In this document: piece after piece, positions 34,043 through 43,411 of the stretch | Position numbering within the stretch: the first letter of the stretch is position 1 | How the letters are laid out: every line of letters starts with the position of its first letter | Source of the DNA: an uncultured Gemmatimonadales bacterium | GTDB taxonomy: Bacteria; Gemmatimonadota; Gemmatimonadetes; Longimicrobiales; Gaopeijiaceae | DNA length: 64,000 nt | Direction: 5' to 3' | NCBI GenBank assembly: GCA_963823035.1 | Contig: CAWGKG010000024.1 | Span: 26,936 to 90,935 of the forward strand | Made by a program: the position numbers and the translations under genes | Notes under the pieces: generated by a model | Told to the model about the DNA's origin: nothing | Seen by the model: the letters and a program-made list of their open reading frames with translations, nothing else | Databases searched by the model: none

Positions 34043-37000
34043 TCAGCGCGCCGACGGCCCCGCACCGCCGGCGCCCTCCTCGGGCAGCATGGCGCTGGCG
34101 TGGACGAGCATGCGGACGGGGCGCTGCAGGGTGATGCGTGCCATATCCGCGGCGCCCGTGCCCCAGCGGGCCTCGAACTGGCCACCTTCCGCCGAGTCCG
34201 GGTCGTCGTACCACCGCTCGGCGCTCCCGTGCAGCCGTCCGAGGGCGCAGCGCGTGGGGGAGCCCGGCGCAGGTCCCCGGGGCTCTCGACCTGGTGGTAC
34301 CAGGAGGCGTTGCGCCAGAAGGTGGGCCGCCGGTCCACGTCCTTCCCCGCCTGCTGCTCGCGGCCGATGTCCAGGCCGAAGCGCGGCCCGTGCGGCGCCT
34401 CCTCGAAGACGAAGAACCACCCACCGTCACGGTCGCCCGTCGTTCCCTCCGGGGATCGGCACGCCCTTGTCGTCCACCGGGCCGAGCGCTTCCTCCTGCT
34501 TCAGGTCGAAGCCGAGGAAGACGGTATCGCGATCGAGCGCCCCCACGAAGAGCGGGTCCTTCCGCTCGCGCGCGGATCCGTCCTTGTCGAGATCCTCCTC
34601 GCGCAGCGTATTCGCCGGCACCTCTTCCCCGTCGCTCCCGGTCCGCTTCTCGTTCCAGACGCCCTTGGTCGCGTAGATCGACCGTGTCCGGGTACTTGCG
34701 GAGGAGGTCGCCCTTGAGGATCAGGACGAGCGTGCCGTCCGCGGCGAAGCCGATCTGGTGGTCGCCCAGCGACGACCGCATCCCCCGCGCTCCCCGGCTC
34801 CACGTCGCCACGGGCGGGATGTCCTCCACGGCCGCGTCCACGTCCTGGTCGGCGGCCGGCACCGCGTCCCAGAACGTCCGCAACCAGGTGTCGCCCAGGG
34901 GCGCAGGGTACTCGCGCCAGAGGAACTCCCGTGCCAGCTCCTCGTTGGCCCCCAGGAGGAAGGCCTCGACGAAAGCCGCGTTCACCGTGACCAGCCCGAC
35001 CGTGTCGTCCGGGATCGCCCCGACGCCGGGGAGGAGGAGCTCCGGGTCGATCGCGCGCAGCTTGTCGTAGAGCGGGTCCGGGAAGGTCGGGGACGCGAAG
35101 AGCGCGGCCGGGACGGTCTCGTGGGCGAAGGGCCTCCCGGGCGCGACGATCCTGTCGGCGAGCTTCGCAGAGAGCGTGGCCTTCGGACGGATTGCGCCTC
35201 GAATCTCGGCGGCGGCGGCGGCCAGCTCCGCCTGCCCCTGCACCTCCGGGCGATGGGACACGGTGCGGGCGGTTTGCTGCGCCCACGACAGCCCCTGCGC
35301 GAAGGTGACCGGCATGGACAGGACGGTCACGCCGTCCAGCGGTCCGCGGTCGCGCACCCACACCGTGCTCGCAAGGGCCCCGGCGGACGCCGCCGTCCGT
35401 CGGGCCCGAGCGGCGTCGCCGCCGCCCGGCACGCCGACCACGTTCGTCTCGTCGGCGAGCTGCACCCCCGTCGGCCGCACCAGCGCCGTGTGCGCGAGGG
35501 CACCGGCGAGGTCGTCGATGCAGGCACGGGTCAGCGCGGTGGCGGGGTTCGCCTCCGCGGCGCGCAGCGCCGCGCGCGCCCGACCGACCGGTCCCTCCGG
35601 GCGACAGAGGCGACGGAAGGCGGACGACACCATCGCGCCGGGGAGCGACGTCGCCTTCAGGCGGCCGGACACCGTGACGCGCGGCTCCACCCGCAGCCTC
35701 TGCGCCGCCGGCGCGGCAGCCTGCACGAGCGCCGCATCGGAGAGCGCGGTCACCTTCGTCTTCTGCAACTCGCCCAGCTCGGCCGCGAGGCGCGTCCAGT
35801 TCAGGACGCGGTTGATCTCGGTGAGCGAGGCGGCCTGGTTCCACGCGCTCGCGAGGAGCGCCTCCTGGTTGCGACGTACGACCTCCGCGCCCAGCCCTCC
35901 GACGGAGCGGTGGTCGGGGTCGAGGTCGGCCTGACCCAGCCAGAGCGGCTCGTGCATCGGGCTCGAGCTCCTGCGCCCGCGCGCACCGGCTGGGGGATGC
36001 GGTCCACGCCGGCGGCCAGCGCGCCGTAGGCCGGCGGGCCCACGACCGGGTCGTTGACGAGCGGGTCGTACGCCTCGCCCGCCGCGGGCTCGGTGCCGGC
36101 GCGCAGCCCCTCCTGCACCAGCGGTCGCATGGCCTGGCGGATCGCGTCCCAGTGGGCCTCGTCCCGCTCGATCTCGACGGCGGCCGGCGAGACCAGCGCG
36201 CCCTTCCAGGAGATCAGCTTCTCCCTCGGCCTGGCGGGCGGGAGCCGGTCGGTGCCCTGGTCGCCGATGTCGAAGTCGCGCATGCCGGCGTCGAGCTCGC
36301 GGGGCGTGAGGCGCCGCACGAGCTCCTCGAAGTCCCCGGCCTCGCCGGTGGCGAACGTCCAGCGAGTGGTAGACCGGAAGGTCGACGCTCCCCGTAGACG
36401 GCGTCCACGCCTTCCACCAGTCGGGATCGGACACGTTCGGGGTCGAGGGCGCGGGCAGCCCCAGCCCCGCCCTGCGCCCCGCCTCGAAGGTCGGCACGAG
36501 CGCCGCGACGTAGCCCGTCGCCGGGTCCAGCCGCCGGGGACAGACGAGCCGTGCGAGGAAGTGCTCGGGGGAGGAGGCCCACGCCTCGTCCACGCTCGTG
36601 CCGGCGAGGTCGGCGGTGCTCTGCACGTGCGCCCACGCCCACGCCTCGTCGAGCGGGGGCAGCTCGTCCGCCGCGTTGGCGACCGCGAGCACCGGCAGGA
36701 GCGCCCCCGACCTCGAGACGATCCGGTTCGAGCCGTCGTCGCGCACCACGACGAGTGCCATCCAGGGGACCAGCTTGCCGTCGGTGCCGGGCGCGGCCGG
36801 CGTGAACATCCACGGGAGGTCGGGCGTGACGAGCTCGAGCGGTGACGAAGTAGTTCTGCTCGAAGTCGCGCACCCCGTCGGCGGGGTCCGTGCGCGTCGA
36901 CCTGACCGGCGGCCAGGCCGACCACGTCGCCGGGGCCGCGCACGAGGATCGACTGCGCGACCGGGGCGGAGTCGCCCACCCCCGAGCCGTCGCCGACCAC

Positions 37001-37123
37001 CACGGAGGCGTCCACGACCGCCGCCTCCGTCGTGGGCGCACCGTCGACCGCCACGGTGGCGAGGGAGCGCGCCAGCCCGCGCCGCATCCACGGGAGGAAG
37101 TACAGCGTTCCGCGGTCGCTCAT
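34043..37123 (-). CDS. Conserved giant hypothetical protein B, copy 2 (~1025 aa, frameshifted)
   Basis: ATGA overlap at 37120-37123. FLPWMRRG, GPGDV, FEQNYF, LPWMFTPA, WAWAH, RLVCPRRL, LPVYH, GDFEEL, EFLWREYP, PRFGLD, LQRPVRMLVHA; colinear with 1915-4617. Confidence 0.8.
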
Positions 37124-40100
37124 ACCGACACCTCCCTCTCGTAGCTCGGCACCACCACGGAGCCGTCTCCGCCGCGCCGTCGAGCGCGCCGCGGGCCTCG
37201 AACCACCCGAGCCGCGGCCCGTCCGTGGGCGTGGCGTTCGGGTCGACGATCCCCGTGTCGGGGTCGGCCGCCACCCAGGCGGTCCGCTGCAGGGCGTACG
37301 GCGACGCCGGCGTGCGCGAGGTCGCGAGCCCCGCGGCGGCGCGCGCCTTCGACGACCGCGGAGCGACGCACCGTGATCGCCAGGTCCCGCTGCGTCGGCG
37401 CGAACACCACCTCGGGCGTCTGCTCGACGAGGCTCAGATCGGGATCGCGGATGATCTGCTCGTAACCGAGGACGAAGGGGAGTTCGGCCCCCGCCGCCAC
37501 GCCCGTCTCCTCGAAGCGCACGCCGCTCGGCATGACCTCGAAGGAAGGCGCCGAGAGCTTCTCGTCCTCGTCCACGTCGTAGAACTGCGCCGGCGCGAAC
37601 CAGTCCTCGAGGTCGGAGACGTCCGAGGCGGCCTTCGCCGCCGATCTTCGGGTGCACGAGCTCGAAGCGCTCGAGGTCCCCCAGCGCGTTCGCGCCGAAG
37701 TGGTCGAGGTCGCGCTTGAGCGGCACCAGGCGCTGCACGACCTCGAGCGCAGCCGGCCGGGTGGACGCGCACCACGCCGTCCGCCGCGGTCTCGGCGAGC
37801 GTCACCACGGACGCGTCGGCGGCGGGCGGCGCGCTCCGCCAGGCGCCCGGATCACCGAGCGCGTCGACGAGCAGGTCCTGCACGTCGATGGCCTCGGGCG
37901 GAGCCTCCGACGGCGCGCCGGCCGATCGTCTCGTCGACCGAGAAGCTCGTCTTCACGCCGAGGATCTTCATCTCGGCGGACCCCACCACGTGGAACGGGT
38001 TGGGGCCCTCGAGCATCACGTCGAGGTGGACGCCGAAGAGCTCGACCGCACCCGCGCGCACGTCGACGCCGAATCCGAGGTCGACGACGAAGTAGAAGGG
38101 GTTGAACTGGAGGAGCGCGTCGAAGGAGAAGTGGCCGTCGACCGTGAGGCCCGCCACGCTCGCCCACAGGTCGGCGCCCGCGCCGAACTGCACCGTGTTG
38201 GACGTGACCGCGAAGTAGCCCCACATGCCGACGCGCAGCGTGTCCCCCGTGTCGAGCGACACCGACATGCGGTTCAGGTCGGGGAAGTTCCCCGGCGCCG
38301 CGAAGTGCGGGTTGAAGCCCCCGAAGGAGAGGAGGAACGAGGGCTGGTCGACGAAGGAGGCGCGTATCGCCATGTCGCCCGAGAGCGCGAGGCCCACCAC
38401 CTGGCTGTCGCGCAGCGAGGCGTCCACCGCGATCGTGCCGGCCGTGAGGTCGAAGTTGCCCGCCACGTCGATGTTGAGCACGAGGAGGGCGGCGTCCTCG
38501 TCGGGGAGCACCGCCGAGAGCGAGCCGAGCAGCGTGAAGCTGATCGGGTCGGGGAGCTCGACGACCACCCCGAGGTCCGCCTCCACCACGGTGGGCGAGC
38601 CCCACCCGATCTTCGCGACCGGACCGAACACGTACTGGTCCGGCTGCACCGGGAAGATCGCGTTGATATCGGTAGATGATCGTCTGCGCGTCGGCGATCG
38701 GGTCCTCGGGGAAGAGCACGGAGTCGAGCGCGCCCGTACGGATGCCGTCACCCAGCGCGTCGGCATCCAGCCCGCGGTGGATCCCGATCAGCCCGCCCAC
38801 GCCGTTGAGCGTGAAGCCGAAGCCGAGCGGGAGGGCCGTGAAGGTGGCGGCGAGCGAGAAGAACAGAGACCACCCCTCGCTCCCGTCCGGGAGCCGCGTC
38901 GACAGGATGCCGACCGCGGTGAGCCCCACCTCGAGAATCTGGATGTCGAGCACGCCCGCGTACTGTCCGGCGGCCGGGTCGGCCTCGATGTAGCCGCCGC
39001 CCGAGGCCACGTCGGACACGATCGCGAAGCCGATGCGGGTCGGCGGCACGAAGGCGACGTCCGTCTCGAGCGCGCCGAGCGCGCCGCCGTTGCCGGAGGC
39101 GGCCTTCGACGCCAGGAGCGCCACGCCGATCCCCCCCACCGTCACGACGAGCGGGCCCAGCTCGGCCGTGGCGCCCACGTCGGCCTGGACGCGCGTCGTG
39201 CCCCCGTCTCCGGTAAAGGCGAGGTGGAGCCCGTCCACCGAGATCGGCCCCAGGCTGAGGGAGAGCGGGAGCGACACGTCGAGCCCGACGGAGCCGCCCA
39301 GCGAGATGCCGCTCTTCGACGACCAGACGAGTGCCGGGGAGAAGCCGACGCGCATCGGGCTCGAGCCCACCAGGAACTTCAGGAAGGAGTCGCCGTCGCC
39401 CAGGTCGATCACCACCACGCCGTCGCGGAGCGCGAAGGAGAGCTCGAGCTCGGCGTCCGTGGCGGGGCCGCGCACCGTCGCGTCCACGTCGAAGCCGCCC
39501 AGCTCGATCAGGCCGCCGAGCAGCTTCCACGGCCCCGCGCTGGGCGAGCCTTCGAGCGACCAGGTCACCTCCGAGCCGGCGGGCGCGTCCTCGAGCGTCG
39601 CGCCGGCCGGGGCCAGGCGCAGCCCGACCGCGCCGGTGGCGTCGAGCCCCGCCGAGACCGTGAACACCCAGTCGTCCGCGATGCGCTGGGAGAGCGACGC
39701 GGCACCCCATGCAATGTTCGTGAGGAAGAGCTGGCTGACGTCGAGCCCCGGGCTCGCGGGGATGGGCAGCAGCGCCACGCCCGTCTCCACGAAGGCGTCG
39801 CCGACCTGCCCGCTCACCAGCGGGAGGACGAGCTCCTCCACCCCGTCCGCCGCGTCCGGCGCGGTGCCGAAGAAGCGCTCCACGAAGCGCTCGCGGATGG
39901 GCTCGGTGCGCACGTCGACGCCGAGCCCCGCCGTGAGGAGCGCGAGCTCGTCGACGAGCTTCGCGGCGTCGAAGGCCGGCCCCGTTCCCCACCCGTACAG
40001 CGCGCGCAGCGCGGCGACCGGGTCGGACACCACGGCGGCGAGCTGGTCGGCGTCGAGCGCCTCGCGGGTCAGGTCACCGCCGAGATCTTCGTCGTAGATC

Positions 40101-40557
40101 ACGCCGAGCAGGCGCAGCAGGCCGTACGCGAGCGGGATCGTCGCCCTCGAGGTACTCGATCAGGAGGTGACCGGGGAGGGCTTCGGCGAGGTCGCGCCAG
40201 AGCGCGGGGTCGGCCAGGGAGGGGTCGATCAGCGGTCCGTTCACCGACGAGAGCGCCTCGATCGCGGCGAGGAGGTCCTGTCCCAGAGCGATCAGCTCGG
40301 TGACGATCGAGAGGAGGTCGGCGTCGTCGCCGTCCGCCGCGGCGTCGAGCTCCGCTACCAGCGCCTCGCCGCGCGGGAAGAGGTCGGCGAAGGTGCCGGT
40401 GGCGTCGAGCAGGGCCAGCCCGTCTTCCGTGACCACGCCCTCGTGACCCAGGTCGAGCAGGAGCTGCTCGAAGGCCTCCGGACTCTCGTAGCGCGTCCTG
40501 CAGGGGGCTGAGCGCGTCGAACAGCGTACGCGCGATCGCGCCGAGCGCCCCGTTCAC
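37120..40557 (-). CDS. DUF6603-domain giant protein A, copy 2 (~1145 aa, frameshifted)
   Basis: GGGYI..QYAG, VGILSTRLPDG, LGFGFTLNGVGGLIG, LDSVLFPEDPIADA, GWGSP, GDMAIR, FLLSFGGFNP, YFAVTSNTVQFG, FAPAQFYDVDEDEKLSAPSFE; colinear with 4614-8222. Confidence 0.8.
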
Positions 40558-40576
40558 GACGTCCGCTCCATGGCGC

Positions 40577-43226
40577 TCATTCGTCCATCTCCGTGAGGAT
40601 GTCGTTCAAGTGCTCGAGCGCCAGCGTGATCAGCATGTGGTCCGTCGGGCTCGTCCCGTACCAGTTGCCCGCCAGACGGGTTGAGCGTGTCGTCCCAGGT
40701 CTCCGCGAAGCTGTCCGTCTCGGTCCTCAACCCGTCGTTCGAGGACAGCTGCCCGTTCGTCACGGATCGCACGGGTCACGCCGTAGCCTGCGTAGGCGTC
40801 CACGAAGAGCCGCACGGCGCGCGCGCCGCGGCCGGGAGCGAGGAAGTACTCCTCGAGGATCTCGGAGAGGGGCATGCCCGCGGGGAGCCTCGCGTCGATT
40901 CCGGGGAAGTCCCCGAACACGTAGCCCTCGCCGAGCGCGATCCCGTGGACGTCGCCGCGCATCTCGACGTCGCGCGCCACCGTGCTCCGTGCCGCGTCCC
41001 ACGCGGTCGCGATCGCGTCCGGGTCGTCCTCGAGGAGCCGGTCGTACGTGGGCCTCCACCAGCCGATCAGCGCATCGAAGGCGGTGTAGACCGCCTGGCC
41101 CAGGTCACCGGCCCAGGTGGCGGCGGACTTCGGGTAGCCGAAGGCCAGTTGGCCCAGGGGGTTGGGCGGGAAGAGGTACGCCTCCAGCCCCGCGAGCGCG
41201 TGCCCGATGTGCAGCTCCTCCCCGCCGGGGAGGATCACGAATTCGTGACGGTCGGACATCTTCCGGACGCGCGACGGCCCGCGCCAGCCGATTTCCGTCG
41301 TCATCACGAAGTAGCCCGGGGTCTCGTCCAGGTCGTAGGTCCTGCCGAGCGCCATGATCGGCGTCAGGTCCATGCCGTCGCGGACCGTGTACGACCCGGT
41401 GAGCGAGCTGTAGTCGATGAGCCGGGGGATGGAGCCCCGGTCGATGAGGAAGGTCCAGTTGAGGTCGTCGTAGTAGAGCTCGCGCACGCAGGTGAGCACC
41501 TCGGATGCCGCGTCGCCCGTCGTCGGCACCAGGTGGGCCTCGACGTACTGGAGGAGCGCGATCCACCAGAAGAACGACGAATCGAACCGGAGGCCGGGGC
41601 CGGAGACGGTCCTCCACATGAGGAGGTAGCTCCGGTCGCCGCAGAGTCGATCCCTCTGCGCCTCCGTGAGCTCGCGTCCCGCGAAGTACATCCCGTACGC
41701 GCTTGTCCCGGAGGAACTCGAAGTCGATCAGGCCGTCGGACAGCACGTCCGGCGCCTCGCCGGTCCACCGGATCCCGTCGTCCTCCTCGAAGAGGTAGAC
41801 GCGACAGCTGTGCAGCGTCGTCTCCCGGTGCTGCAGGTCGTCGTGTGTGCAGATCTTCGTGCACGAGACGATGCAACGGACCACGTCGCGCTCGAACTCC
41901 ACCTCGACGTCGGTGGTCACGTCGAGCGTGATCGTGACGGCGAGCGACGTGTCGTGGTGGTACTGGAGCGTCACGAGAGCGGTGTACTCTGCGGGCAGGC
42001 CCTCGACCGAGGCTCTGCCGTCCGCGCCCGTGGTGCCGGCGGTGAGGAGCGCGTTGTCGAGGTCGTAGAGCTCGATGCGCGCGCCCTCGACCGGGTCGCC
42101 GAGGTCGTCGAACACGTTGAAGCGCAGCGTGCCCGTCGTGGCGGTGGGCTCGCCGGGCTCCCCGGTCCCGGGCTCCTCGGTTCCGGGATCCCCGGTCCCG
42201 GGATCCCCATCCCCCGGATCCACCGGGCGCCGGCGGGCGGGTGCAGGATATTCGCCACGCCCATCTCGTGGAGGCCCAGGAGGATCTCGGTGTAGGTCAG
42301 CGAGCGCGCCTGCGCGACGCGGAAGTCCCGCCGGTGACCGTCCTCTCCGATCTTCCTCCGTCTGCGGCGGGCTCCGCGGAGACCGCGGCGCAGGAGGTGG
42401 CGATCCTCGCGGTCGTCGTCGAGGCGGCCGCGGAGATCGACCACCCCCCAGATCCCCCGCCCGAGCTCCTCGTGCAGGAACTGGTCGAGGCTCCCGGCGC
42501 TGACCCGGATCAGCATCTGGTACGCGAGCGCGAAGAGCGCGAAGGCGTCGGCCTCGCCCATCTCGAGCGCGTCGCGGCTCGGGTCCGAGACCGAGGTGAA
42601 GGCCCAGGTGGCGGGGTCGTAGAGCGTGAGCAGCCCGCTCTTGATCGTGGGATCGTTGCGCAGGTCGCCCAGCGGCGTGTCCTTCACCTCCTCCGCGATG
42701 TCGTGCAGCAGGGCCGTGTGGACCAGGTCCAACTCGGGCGTGAGCTGGTCCAGAACCTCGGCGAGGTCCAGCTCCGGGCCGCTCTCCGGCAGCGGGATGG
42801 CGAGCCATCCGTCCTGGAGGCCGGTGAGCGGCACGGGAAGGCCGAAGCGCGTCGTCACCTGCAACCCGATCACGGTCGGGGCGACGGTGAACGCGTCGGT
42901 GACGGCAGCGGGCAGATCGCGCCTGCGCCATCGCCTCGATCAGCATGTCGGTGCCGAGGAACGACCGACGGCGCCACGCTCCCGCCCGACGAGGCGACGA
43001 CGATCCGCTCCACGTGGTGGTCGGTGAGCGCGAGGAGGATCAACGCCGGCTCGAGCGCCTCGATCAGAAGATCGAAGACGTCGGCGATCCACGCCGCCCT
43101 CTCGTCGGGGCTCCAGGACGGGTCGGCGAGGTTGAGCAGCTCCATGGCGTCATCCGCCACGGCCGGCGCCGGCCAGTCGCAGAAGGCCTCGAGCACGGAG
43201 GGGATGAGGAAGTCGCCGACGGCCAC
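40577..43226 (-). CDS. Modular hypothetical lead protein of copy 2: helical N-region, DPG/EPG linker, carboxypeptidase-regulatory-like Ig domain, C-terminal 'GHALAGLEA/TWAGDLG' domain (frameshifted; start uncertain)
   Basis: Joined from ORFs 42870..43226, 41971..42873, 41105..42946, 40630..41691 and 40554..40772. Ends ...ALEHLNDILTEMDE* at 40577, 20 bp before the DUF6603 start. Confidence 0.6.
42150..42225 (-). repeat. Degenerate 15-bp coding tandem repeat (DPGDG-DPGTG-DPGTE-EPGTG-EPGEP linker)
   Basis: Five-residue units read directly from the translation. Confidence 0.7.
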
Positions 43227-43411
43227 GTCTTCGCCCGGTGCGCGGGGCCCGGCACGTCACCGGCGGTCGGCGGCGGGGAGGGCCCTGGGAGTCGATCGCG
43301 GGGCACCGGGGGTCGTGCCCACATCCAGGAGGCGAAGAACGCCCCCCGGATGTGGACATCAGGTCGGGTACGGAGGGAGCGTGGCGGGGCCGCGCCCGAT
43401 TCTCCGCCGGC

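Noticed and set aside
27641..43226. Assignment of the operon to eCIS, T6SS, phage tail or Tc toxin
   Set aside because: No recognisable sheath, tube, VgrG/PAAR, baseplate, RHS/YD or SpvB motifs.
8219..43226. Programmed frameshifting or wholesale pseudogenisation
   Set aside because: Breaks are scattered over unrelated genes and are not at matching positions in the paralogs (B copy 1 is intact); sequencing error is simpler.
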